A stretch of 63,887 nt of DNA, the filler included, from Hausera hauseri (lineage: Eukaryota): assembly GCA_046269625.1 (NCBI GenBank). It is 11 parts of 11 records of this genome, joined end to end, with 100 filler letters (N's around TTAATTAATTAA, not from the genome) between each part and the next. Parts side by side here need not be neighbours in the genome. Positions count along the whole stretch, not along the records: positions 23,319 to 27,712 come from JBJURY010603888.1; positions 27,813 to 31,796 come from JBJURY010839970.1; positions 31,897 to 45,036 come from JBJURY010902424.1; 8 more parts are not named here. The stretch is one strand, 5' to 3'. Numbering within the stretch: the first letter of the stretch is position 1; each line of letters opens with the position of its first letter. The notes beneath the pieces were generated by a model. That model had not been told where the DNA came from. It made no database searches and worked only from the letters and a program-made list of their open reading frames with translations. Position numbers and translations under genes: made by a program. Positions 25,191 through 37,711 of the stretch are shown here, piece by piece.

Positions 25191-27712
25191 ATGGGCCCCA
25201 GTCGGCGTTGAGACCAGAAATAGGTATCGAAGTAGATAAACATACCTTAACGGCCCTAATGCATACGGGATCAACCATCACAATAATGGGGAAAAACCAA
25301 TTACCCAAAGAATTAGTCAGTAAATTATGAAAGCCTGAAGAAACGTTGATTAACGTCGGAGCATTTGGTATGGCGGAAGAGATAAAGATGGTTTTGGATG
25401 CAAAAATCAAAATCTGTGGCCAGACAATAAACCATACCATAAGAGTGGCCAAAAATTTAACAAATGAAATACTGATTGGATGTGATGTATTATATCAATT
25501 GGATAACGTGTATATAGATGTTAAAACTGGCCAACTTAGAGCGTTTGAAAATCGATATGAAGAAGCAGTTACATTAACTAAAGATGTTTTAATTCCGCCA
25601 CGTTTAGAGATAGTAGTGCCCGGTAAAATAGAATACAGACCATTGACGAGCTATGTGCACTTTAAGCCGTTTCCACAAATAATGGAGAAACATAACATCC
25701 TTGTTGCACCACACATAGACAGGATAAGGGACGGAAAAATCCATTTGAAAATTTGTAACACGGGAGCAAAGGAGAAGTGGCTGAAAAAGAATGAGACTTG
25801 GGAAAGCAATAGATGTCGAAGAAGTACCAAAAGGAAACGATTAATTCGGTAATCTCAGAAGTAGATGAGATCGAGAAACTAATGACGAAGAAATTGAAAG
25901 GAAAACTAAATAAAGATAAAGAGAAGAAAACTACCCACATTAGTTGGGAAGAAAAATTACAAAATTGTAATATATCTAATGAAGAAAGAAGAATGCTCAT
26001 CCAGCTGTTGGAGAAAAACAACAACCGATTCGCTCAAAATGACTATGATTATGAATGATGAACGTAATACAACATGTGATCAAGTTGAAGGAGGGTCAAA
26101 ACAAATCTATAAAGAAGCGGCCATACAGACTGGCATACGACAAAAAGAAAGAAGCTCATTAAAATTTAAATGAAATGAGGGAAAACCAAATAATACGACC
26201 CACATGCTCCCCATGGACGGCTCCAATAGTGATGGTTAAAAAGAAAGATAGAACTATGAGATTCTGCATAGACTATAGAGTGTTAAATGAAATAACGGAA
26301 ACAGACACGTACCCGTTACCAAGTATTGACGAAATATTAGATAAACTGCATGGCTCAACCATATTAAAAACAATTGACCTACAAAAGGATATTGACAAGT
26401 AAAAGTGAAGGAGGAAGATAAGCCGAAAACGGCCTTTTCTATAGGCGAAGGGTTATGGGACTTCAATAGAATGCCATTTGGATTAAAGAATGGACCCAAA
26501 CTTTTCAAAGAGGAACGTAATTATTACTTCTAGATGCACCACATGCTATAGTGTATATCGATGACGTAATCACAGCATCATCGGATTTCCAACAACACTT
26601 AAAGGACTTACAAGACATCTTTTATAGTTGTGTAGTAATGGGTTTAAAAATAAACCCGAAGAAATGCTCATTTACTCAAACCAAAGTTGACTTTCTCGGA
26701 CATCGACTGGATAGGTACAATGTAAAACTTCAGGACAGACTATTAAATAAAATTAAAGATTTTCCAAAACCCACCACCGTTAAAAAATTATGCCGATTTT
26801 TAGGACTAGCAAATTACTATCGAAAATTGATAACAAATTTTAGTAAACTAGCCAAACCGCTATATGAATTACTACGTGATGATTTAGAAAAGGTAATATG
26901 GACAAGTGATTGCCAAAAGGCTTTCGAGGACCTGAAAGAAAAATTATTGACCGCCCCTATTCTGATATACCCTGATATGACTAAACCGTTCATATTGGCA
27001 ACGGATGCAAGTGACTATGGAGTAGAAGCGGTGTTATCACAAAAGTGCGAAGATGGTAAAGAATATCCAGTTGCATATGTGTCGAGAAAATTAAACAACT
27101 GTCAAAAGAAGTATGCCGTTATTGAAAAAGAATTGCTAGCGGTAATATTAGCACTGGAAGTATTCTCACCGAATATTAGTGAGAATAAACCGTTAGTAAT
27201 TTATACAGACCATCGACCACTGCAATGGCTGAAGAAACACGAAAACCCCAATAGTATACTACTACGATGGGCTTTAAAACTTCAACCTTATGCGTTAGAT
27301 TTTCAATATAAGCCTGACACACGAAATGCGAATGCGGATTATTTATCAAGAATGCCACAGAAAGAGATAGAAAAGAAATAAGTAATTGCAGCGGTATGGA
27401 GTATGGATAAATCGGTAGAGAAGATAAAAGAGAATTAACGAGAGGATGAGGAAATAAAGCCATCAGAAATTATATACAAAATAAAATTATACCAAAGGAT
27501 AGAGAATTGGCTCGTCATTTAACCAGATTTAGCTACGCATACGAAGAGAAAGATGGATTGCTGTATTATATTCATCAAAATGGGCATGCACTAGTAATTC
27601 CAAAGAAGAATATTACGGTATTACTGACCAAATATCATGACGCATTACTAGGTGGGCATCAATCAGTATGAAAATCAATAAACAAATTGAAAAGAAAATA
27701 CTTCTGGTCTAC
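25190..27712 (+). pseudogene. pol: Ty3/Gypsy pol: aspartic protease, spacer domain, reverse transcriptase, RNase H, integrase zinc-binding start
   Basis: TALMHTGSTIT...ILIGCDVL (protease, D to H); SPWTAPIVMVKKKD..RFCIDYR.LN..DTYPLP; MPFGLKN; VYIDDVI; TDASDYG..AVL; KELLAV; TDHRPL; RWAL; YHD.LLGGH...KYFW. RT-RH-IN order. Confidence 0.96.
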
Positions 27713-27812
27713 NNNNNNNNNNNNNNNNNNNNNNNNNNNNNNNNNNNNNNNNNNNNTTAATTAATTAANNNNNNNNNNNNNNNNNNNNNNNNNNNNNNNN
27801 NNNNNNNNNNNN

Positions 27813-28827
27813 TGGCATATATAAGAGCCAATTTTGTTCTCATGATCTTGGTATCTAATTTACAGTCATGTATTATCATTTTATGATATAATTCAGTTAT
27901 TCCGACTTGCTCTTTGTAATAGAAATAATCGTCTCTGTTTTTCAGATAATCCTCAATTCGGACATCTTGCGTTTCTAGTTTGTATGTCTTTGCATTTATT
28001 TTCGTTTCTGAGACGAAAAATGCCTCATAGTTAGTAGCGAACATCTGATTAGTATAGTGGGTGTAGGATGTTCTGATATATCCTCGCGAGTCCTCGACTT
28101 GGTATTAGATTTATCCACGTATCGCTTTCCGGTAGTTGCGTTAAACTTCAGTTCCTTAATTTCAATAAAATTACAACTTCTTCCAAATGGAGGTTTCCAT
28201 ATTATAACAGAACTTCTAAAAGCACAGGTTCCATATTGTAAATGACATTTCTGATTCTCAGTGTATAACTTAGTGATACTATGAAACATTACTTTCTGTG
28301 ATCGCATCTTTTATTCGTAGAAATCCACGACTATCACATTCGCTTGTAGTCCTTTCCCAGTGTCATATTTTGCTCCGTAACAATGTCCGCTATGCATATC
28401 TAACCTTCCGACCACTACCTTGTATGTCCTAATTATCTTTCCTGGTTGCATTTCTAATTGCATATTATCCCATTGTATCCTTCTAGTCTCTTTAACTTGC
28501 TTGCAATGTTGGCGTTCTAAATTCATTGGAATTAGAGGAGTTGTTAATTTGATTATTGAGGAATGTCCGTGTCCTAGTCCACAATGAAAAATGCTACAAG
28601 ATCGTCTCAGCATACATTTTATTCCATCTAACGATATTAGTTCTTGTTGTTGATACAGGAAATAATTTTTCTCTCGTGTTTCCAACTTGTGCAATCTGAC
28701 ATCTTCGCACACTTTCAGATCCATTAGGAAATAACGTATCGCAGTCGTAGACGGTAACAGCGCTTATGTGCTTTATTAACATCATCAAGGTGAGTAGGCT
28801 GATTAGCCAATTCGATTTATTTTTCAT
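27813..28827 (-). pseudogene. env: Second, divergent chuvirus-like envelope glycoprotein (N-terminal part)
   Basis: Signal peptide MKNKSNWLISLLTLMMLIKHISA then VTVYDC; LYQQQ; KCMLRRSCSIFHCGLGHGHSSII; GHCYG; CHLQYGTC...IIW; HDCKLDTKIMRTKLAL. Confidence 0.85.
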
Positions 28828-31796
28828 TAGCCAACATCCGCCGTTGTCAAATTACATAACATATCGTCGATTTTGTTACCCATCCGTCTGTCTTCTTCCT
28901 TGTCAAATAGTCTTGCCCAATTTACTTCGCAGGGCAATCTTCTCGCCGCTTTTCGTGCTAAGCTTACAGCTCTATTGATTCCATTTTCTAGATTGGGGTT
29001 ATTTTAATAGCTAAATATAGTAATACTTTCCTCAATTCCTCGTTGGTGTTTTTTACCATGATCTTTTCAATTACCCATTCATCGGTTAAGTTACTTTTCG
29101 ATAGTTTAAAACGTCAACTTCTCATCATTCTGGCTGCCTCGAATATTATCTTTTCTTTATCATCTAACATATCACCTTGAAAGCTTGAATAATTTACAAT
29201 TCGTATTAAATTCGTCATTAACTCATTTAATTTTTCATTGTACTGAAAGCATAAATCGACATCTGCCTCAATTCTCTAATCAATTCTCGATTGTAGTCCA
29301 TTTCTTCTCGCGTTTTCTTACGTCTACCAACTGGATGTTTCGACCTTGGGCCCTTAGTGGTAATTTCACTTAGTGGTACTAAATTTATATCGTATTGTTC
29401 CTTTTCCTCGTCCGTTTGTAAATACTCAAAATACATTGCAGCATCTCAGATTACACTTAATTTGTCCTACGCATTGCTGTGTCCTGGCCTTACGCGTGGT
29501 TTCTTCTTTCGTCTGTTTGTTAGTATTTATTGCTACTACCCGATTTGTTTTGTCGGGGATAAGCCCTACATCTATTAGTTGTTCTAGGTCGTCGAGTATT
29601 CTACCTCAAAGTAAAATCTGTAATTTAGCTCATTTGTTTCGCAATTGTTTAATAACCATTCTCTTACGTCTTTTACAAAGGAATATGTAGTTAACTCGCA
29701 TTCTTTTTCGTCCATTTACTCGGACAATATCATTACTTTCATAAATACCTCAGGTTTACCCCTCAAGATTTTAGCCTATTTCCTTATCAAGAGTTTCGGC
29801 ACCGTGCTATAAATTGTATTCTCACTAGATAATTTAGTTAATGTCGGAATAAGTTGTCTTAACTTACTTTCAGTAATGCTTACGTTAATTAGTTTGATTA
29901 AATCTGTTTCAGTTAGCGCTAAATCCAGTAGCATATTTACATTAAGTCTCCTGTTTTGCGGACATGTTTCTGTCTCATTTAGCTGTACTGGAGTCCCGGT
30001 TTTTTGGCAATTATCGCATCTAAGTATGCATCCCATTCCGGCTCGTTTCCAACATCTGGAAGTCTATAGTCCACTAAGGCTGTATTTGTTCTTTGCACAT
30101 TTTCTCGGATTTCTTTCAATCTGGGCTGTATTTCCTTCATCTGCATAGTTCCGAAACCTATTCCGTTTCCACAGGCATACTGAATTATTTTCAGTAATTC
30201 GCCTAATTCATTAGAATTAATGAGTCCCTTTTGGTGATAATCTGTTAGTTCAATAATTACATCTCTTTGCCATCTTTGTACGAATTCGCGCTTGTTTTTG
30301 ATCTCTGATTCGATAAAAACATACTTATTCCGGTAGATTTTGAGCTCTTTTGCTAATTCGTCTAACCTTTGTTTGGTTTTAATGCAGGTTTCTTTAACCT
30401 GTCTTATTTTAGGCATCAATTGCCTCATCTTTTCATCGTTAATTTCTACCATTTCTACTAATAGGAATGCTAGTTCGTGCGTTTCATTTATGACTTGTGA
30501 GTCGGGATCTATGGCATCCAGCAATTTCCTTACGAACTTAGATTCCTGAAAACTAAGACGCTGATCATGTCTTATCTTCGTCAACTCTGTATGGAAATTC
30601 TCATCTGATCCGGCCATCCATTCTTGTGGTTTATGAAGAAATTTTATTGCGTCCGTTAAAACGACTCGATGTTCCGGACAAATGTCTAGGGTTTCAGTAT
30701 CTTAAACAGAGATGTCATCGATAGGTTTATCTGTAAAATGTTGAACTCCTTCTAGTAGGACATTCCTTAACCTTGGATGGAAATTGCAAGTCATATTTCG
30801 CTTTTATGTAAAATTCGTCTCTTCGACCATTTTATAGATGTCTTCCAGTATAGTTGCTTCTTGTTTCTTCTTCATAAATTTAGTCGTCGTAATCTTCGAA
30901 TTGAATTCGAATGTCTATTTCCGCATTTATTGTGTCTAAATTACATCCGCTTTCTTTTAATTGTTTCTTTATAGAATGCTTACTCTCTAAAAATTCTTTC
31001 TTCCGGTTTTCTACTAATTTACTTAGTCGCGTTACTAATTCGGACAATTCCGACAACTGATTGGCGATTATTGGCTTTGCCATTATAGCCTTGTCTAGCA
31101 TTTTATATTCCTCATCTGGGCCTTTAATAAAGTTCATAACCCGGCTGACGTACTTGAACTCCTCTTTGTACTCGTCAAATTCTACGAGGCAAGCTTTTAC
31201 TACGTATTGTGTCTCCTCGTGGTTCGGTAACATAATTCGGTTTCTCATGCTGTAAATCTGTGCTCGCTTTTCATTTTCCGTTTTTATTCGGTTCTCCAAA
31301 TTCGTATATCGTTTAGGTACGGTAAAAGAAACTTTTATCATCGCCATCAGGGAAGGAATATCCACTGGTTCTACACCCAGTATTTCCAAATCGATATTAC
31401 TTCGATTAATCATTGCACAACGAATTTCATTCATCATGCGCTCTAAATTGCGGACCACTCTCTTCAGTTTTGTGTTTGTTTCCAAGGTAGACAGTAGCGT
31501 CTGAGTTTTAGTGACTTTCACGTCAACAGTATCTTCGTTTTTACTCCATCCTTCTAAAAATTCTACTCCTCTTTTAATCCACAACTCTAATTCGTGGTTT
31601 CATTTTATCAACGTATCTCGTGGCATATCTTTCGGTTGTCTTATTTCAATTGCTTCATCGAGTTTTCCTTCACTCCACAATTTTAAACTCTTGTATAATT
31701 TTTCCGAAAATTGCTGTTTCTTGCCAGATATATCTGTTTGTTTACTAATCTGCTTGAGCCTTTTCAAATTGTGTCTGAGTATTTCTGGATTGTGAC
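28826..31796 (-). pseudogene. Long decayed ORF upstream of env: coiled-coil-like region plus a homolog of domain X
   Basis: K/E-rich helical ORFs 30880-31584 and 29979-30617. PEWDAYLDAIIAKKPG...LIKLINVSITESKLRQLIPTL parallels PIFDDVILDQVIKNPG...ILKILTNKVTVERMNEILPQL of contig 14855-18833. Confidence 0.65.
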
Positions 31797-32835
31797 NNNN
31801 NNNNNNNNNNNNNNNNNNNNNNNNNNNNNNNNNNNNNNNNTTAATTAATTAANNNNNNNNNNNNNNNNNNNNNNNNNNNNNNNNNNNNNNNNNNNNTTCT
31901 TATCTGTGAGGCTTTGTCTGGAGTACTGGAGAGTTTTAAGCTAAAGACTTTCATGAGGGTCTATAACTTAGAATTAAGAATAGAACTCTATCAATATATT
32001 TCTTCTTTTTTAATTACTTGTTATCTGGATGACTTCGAATTGCTGGATCAAATCCTAGCAGGGAACCTCCCTGGGTGGTGTTTACATATTCTCCCTCTGC
32101 TTGAATGGGTTTGTTACATATTTCCAGTTTCTCTCACAGACCAAAAACCTGTATATTAGCTTCACAGGTACACACTGTACATCTCAAATAAATGTTTGTA
32201 AATGTAATTATTTTGAATAATGTTGTTATTTTGAACATATATTTCTTGCACAATGAACAGAAATTTGTTTTCGCGGGGCTGTTAAATGTCTTGTTTTTAA
32301 AAGTAATTGCATTCACAATTAATACTTCACTCTGAAAAAGGCTAATTTTAAAAATCATTAATATGCATGAATGAAATGAATATTATGAATGTTCATATGC
32401 ATGTGACTTACTTCATAACTGGGAACCGGATGATACAATTGTTAAAATGTCATGCTTTTATTCTTGTCTTTTGCCTCAAAATAGTACATGGAAAGAAGAC
32501 ACGGAAGTGATATTTTTATTAACAGAATAATCAGCTTTACTTGAGAAATTCAAAATACCAACTCACAAACATCATTTCAAACGATGTCATATGTTACATT
32601 ATTCAAAATTTGTAAACATTCCTATAATAATAGGAACGGAAGCTAAACGGACAAGGATTTCATTGTCATAACATTTTTTTATGTCCTTACTGTCTTATTT
32701 TAATGTCCAACATATTTTCCATCCACTTATTCAGTCAATTGTTCAAATTTTCTCTGAGCCTTATAGTAACTTCAGTTAATCATGCAGCTCTACTCATGTT
32801 AATTTGTGCTAATGTGTACAATTCTCTTTTTCACA

Positions 32836-33054
32836 GCAACACCAGCTATCCTGGAAAACCTCATCAAGTTTTGGGTTGGGTGGGAACATCCAACAGGAAA
32901 CTTGACGGTTGAAGTTGTTGAGTCATGTTATCCTGTGGCTCTCACCTGCTTTATGACACTGAAGCTCCCAAGCAAATACAAAAACTACCTTAGTTTCAAA
33001 CAGGAGTTGACTATGGCGCTGATGTCCATTGACTCAGGCTTTGGATTGTTGTAA
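32836..33054 (+). CDS. Last exon of a HECT-type E3 ligase-like protein (C-lobe)
   Basis: Acceptor ttttcacag, then LIKFWVG...YPVALTCFMTLKLP..Y..Y..FK..L..AL...GFG, the HECT C-terminal signature with catalytic Cys. Confidence 0.75.
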   Translation, partial: ATPAILENLIKFWVGWEHPTGNLTVEVVESCYPVALTCFMTLKLPSKYKNYLSFKQELTMALMSIDSGFGLL

Positions 33055-33214
33055 AAAAAATAAGTTACATCTGCATTTTCTGATCCTGGCCACGATTCTC
33101 AATGTACGAAAAAGTGAAGTTCAAATGTTTTACGGTATCATGTTCTGTTTTGGTTCAGAAGAACTGATAGTAATAGCCATCATTACAAAACTATGATAGT
33201 TATTTTACATTCTG

Positions 33215-35500
33215 TTATCTGGCATCTATCATGTTCTCAATGTATTGGACCGAGTTAATATAAATGTCTGTTCCAAAAGAGTCAGATTGCTGCAATGGAT
33301 CAGCGTAATCTTGGAGTGCAGCGTATTCCAGTTCTGAAAGAGGAATGTCAAGTTCAGGAACATTGACACATGTATTATGTCCATTCGTGTAGCCGCTGTT
33401 CTCCCATTGAAATTCCGAAAGGGGTATTACCTAAATGACATTGATGCAGGGAAACAAAAACGCATAATAAATGTTGGAGAACATAATTACAATTGTGTGC
33501 TTTTTTTAATGTAGCACTTCTTTGAAAAAAGAAATGTTCGAGGTAACAGAGCAATTACAAATTTAAGGTGATAAACATAATTTTACAAGCAAAAAAAGAA
33601 GGCTTAATGAGAGGTACAGAACATATCCTTCATAGTCTGTTATCACAAAATAACATTGACTTTCTTGTAATTAACATGTTAATAGATTAAAAGTCAACAG
33701 TATGAATGCAGCATTTACCTCATGAACTGGATCTCCAACAGGGTTAAGGGCTTGGCCCACCTGCCACAATTGATTTGGGGTGAGGTTCTGCTCAGTTCTG
33801 ATGGGGTGGTTGTTCCATGCATCAATAAAGACATCCAGGCTGGCCTGTATGCGTGGCAGGAACACATAATGGCAGCAAAAGATGTGCAGGACATTGCTGA
33901 TGTCAAGGAAGTGGCCATCCTCAAGAGAGTGCAGGATATTGTAATACACTCCTGTGACACTCATGAACAAATCTCGCCAGAGACGCTCAATCCTGTATTT
34001 CAAAAGACAAAAAAAGAAATTCTATTTCTTTTTTTGGAATTATTAAAAATTCCAAAAAATTATTATTACATTGCATTATAATTATTATTATTAAAAACTT
34101 GTCACTGAATGTTGTCTTTATTGGTGAGAATATGAATACTGTAACAGTAGCTTATGGTATATGTTTTAATGGAAAATTATATAAATATAAGCTTCCAAAA
34201 TTATGAACTCACCGCTGATTGTGCACGCTTTTGCCTGCAATGAAGCTGTTGGTATCAGTTCCACGAACTGAGAACATCAATTCAGCTATCTTCACATTCT
34301 CCCCTCCGTGATCTCCTCTTACTCTGAGAGTTAAGACATGATTATACAAATTTGATTAATTGAATACAATAAATGTTTGTTGTCTTTTACACATGTGTAA
34401 AGGACATGGCATTGTTCTTAAAACATCTAGCAACTTCATGTTATATAAAGCGTCATACGTACATTATAAACCACTGTTGGCGTGTAACATAAAAGAAGAA
34501 CAATGTTGCATTGAATTCCTCATGCAAGGTAAATGTCAGATATGGCTAGCATTTGTCATTGATTAGTGTCAAATTCTTGTGTTACAATAATCTGTTGCAG
34601 AGTATTACAAATTAAAATGATTCAAACAAGTAAAGGAGACATAGGTGTTTATTTGTAAGTTTAATCTGTGATTCTGCCATACTGGACCATGTTTGGGGCA
34701 AAAGAGGTAGGAGTTCATTATGCAATCTGGAATTTTCCCGTTTACGCCCTTGTCTGCCTATGTTGCTGTGTTCTTTTGCAAGACACTCCACCTCCCTTGA
34801 AAACTGTTGGTGGGCAGAGTACCTGTTGGCGTCATAAGGCAGCCTTACAGATATCTGACTGTCCCAGGACAGCTGTAGCTGTATTGTAGCTCACCATCTT
34901 CAATGTGAATATGTGTGTGATGAGGAATGAGAGATGTAATTGTAAAGCATCTTTTAGTGTTCATAAAAGTGGAAGCAAATACCCCATTGCAGTTTATTCA
35001 TGTTACACACAGTAATTTTTAAAATAGCCCATGCCACGTCAATAAATGGGAACGTCCCAAAAGTATGTAATTCAATCTTGTTTATTTCCACTGGTAAGTA
35101 ACAATATATCTTCATAGTGTTTAAAATAACAAGAAGGTACTATTGCAGTTGTGGGAAAGTGTGTGCCACCTTCCTGTTGATCTTTAGCTCCCTCAATAAT
35201 AAGGACTGTCATTAAGAGAACAAATAGTATTGACATGGGATGTATTAAACTAACGCATGGGTTTGTTGTTCCAAAACACAATGTTTTGAAAAATCATAAA
35301 AAATGGAAATCAGTAAGGGGTTAAAGGACTTTCTCACACTGCAGTTTACCCATGACATTTGGGATTTGTACTGTAATCAAAACAGAACATACAATGACAT
35401 ATCAGTACCTCAGAGGAAACCCATGGTCATGAACAGCTTCATTGAAGAACTTCAGGTGGGTGTCAGATCTGTTGTTGTCTGCTACTTTAAGATACATAAT
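33215..35500 (-). CDS. Spliced integrase-core (IS3/IS481-like DDE) transposase gene, last four exons: 35409-35500, 34213-34323, 33719-33992, 33215-33430
   Basis: All junctions are GT-AG and phase-consistent, giving an uninterrupted [31 protein letters not shown]|VRGDHGGEN...GKSVHNQR|IERLWRDLF...[15 protein letters not shown]...|...FGTDIY..*. The 5' exons were not found. Confidence 0.85.
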
Positions 35501-37711
35501 CTAAACATGGAGAAACAAATACAATAAACATTAATATGGTTGAGATGTTATTCTGTAAAGTAACAGGACCGAAAAAGTTTTATTTGTAAAAAATGTACTA
35601 CATAGCAGTTGACCAAAAAATGACTTATGTACTGATTACAATTCCAAATGTACTGTGAAGACATGAGAAATTTTGGAAATTGTTCATAATTTCTTTATGT
35701 AGTAGAAATGATAATTGGTTTCGTATTTTGAAATGTTATTCACTAACTGATGAATTTTGCCATTTCTTATTTTCTACTCGTTCATGCAATTCTCTTGTTT
35801 TTTCTTACGAAATCAAACAAAACATTTTACTAGATGTAGATTAATACTTTAGAAAAGATTTTTTCAAAAATATAGAAATGCAAAAGAGATGTAGTGCCGC
35901 TGTATAGATCTGAACACAAAAGCTTTATATTTTCGTATTGGTCTAGTTAAATGATCTGAAAATTCGAATTGTTGTTTAGGTTAAATCATATATTTTACCG
36001 AAAACAAAACTAATAAAATTAAATAACGAATAATGATATTTTAAAAATTATATATAAACCACGTGTAGCAAAAAAATTTTAAAGTAATTGGCTCGTCGGA
36101 CATTAAATTTTATCAAAACAGTTCAATTTTGAATTGTTGCGTTTCAAAATGTTTGTCTCTATCTAAAATAAGTAGGTTTCAACAAAAAAATCTGCAGAAA
36201 TATTCATTAATATGCATGGAGACGTAGTTAAACTGTAAACAAATTTCATTGCAGAACGAATAAAAATACTGAAATTTATAGTTTTGATATGTAGTTTATT
36301 GATTTGCACTAGATTTATAAATAGATATATTTTCTTTTTATGAAGATTGTTCAAATTTGATTTTATTACATTTTATAAAGAATGATGAATTTCAGATATT
36401 ATGATTATTTATTCATTTTACTTTTGTTAGTTCCATTGGATGAAAGAAATTCTCCTGAACTGAAATCAAAACAGAAAAATGATAATAGTTTGCTGACATT
36501 TTGGAGTTTGGCAACTAATCCCAAAATTCGGCGTTGCAAAACCCCGAAGTCTTCTTCATTTGAAAAAGTGGGGATTTGGAAATGAAAACGTATATCGAAA
36601 ACGTATATATATCAATAGTCGCAACGAATTAGGTAAACTGCGAGATTGACCGAAAAATCTTGATTGACCGAATTTTTTAAATTCCTCTAGTCTGTCAAAA
36701 TTAAATTAGGGTCAGTTTTGAGCTGGAGCGGATTTGTTCTTTAGTGGATTGAATTTTAATTCCTTCCGGATTGAATTTGTTCTCAATAAATACTATCTTA
36801 ATTTTTTCATTAGATTCGAATTTTGACGCTAAACATCCTCGGGAGGTTTTATCGGAATTTTTTGTGGCATTTCAACAACAGCATTGGGATAAATTTCTTT
36901 AATATTCACTCATTTGGTACTCGATACCTTTGATGGGCAATTTTGTCAAATTGAAATAATTGAGGTTTTGTGAAATTAATGATTGAGCAGCCTTGACTGA
37001 AAAACAGTCCTCCGAGGGGGAAAACGAGTCCCAGAAAGCGGCGTAATCGAGGCGAAACGAATGCGCCCGATTGTGTCCGGCTGAAATAGGCCACGGTGTA
37101 TCAACGCACGAAAGGTACCGCATCAACTTCTCGTGGCAAAATAAAAACTGAAGAAACAAAACAGATGGAAACAGAGGCGCCGAAAAGGAAAATGTGTGTA
37201 TTTAATCAGTCTTATTGTGAACAAGACGTGGACAACTATCAAACAATGAAATAGGCATAGACGGTTTTGAAATTGACGCCAATGGTTCCATACTTGTCTT
37301 TTAGCTGGCCAATAGTTTCCCTTCATACTCACACAATTGAGTTAAAAGAACAATTTGGCCGATACTTGTCTCATCAATTTCTGTGCGTTGGATTGTAACG
37401 AACGGATGTAGGTTTTGAATTGGTGAGAACTCTGACGAAACGACTGATTTCATTTTATGCGATTCTATATTGTATAACTGCTGAATTTCTTTTGGATTAT
37501 TTTCTTGTTGTGACAGATTTTCCGAATTCTTGGTGATAATCAATTCGATGATAATAGTAATAATCAGACCGGTTCACCCAACGAAAACCAGCAGGCGGAG
37601 ACTGAGATGCGTTAACACGCCGGTCTAATGGCACCTAATTGTTAACCGGCTGCCAAAAGTTGTGGCGACACCCGTAACTGCGGCGCCACAGATATACCTC
37701 TATAATCGTCA

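Noticed and set aside
24706-31795. Many short antisense ORFs over env, pol and X
   Set aside because: Shadow frames of A-rich coding strands with no motifs
5410-31796. Alternative genetic code as the reason for many in-frame stops
   Set aside because: TAA, TAG and TGA all occur together with frameshifts and mutated catalytic residues, while TAF2 and the RING genes read normally; ordinary decay explains it
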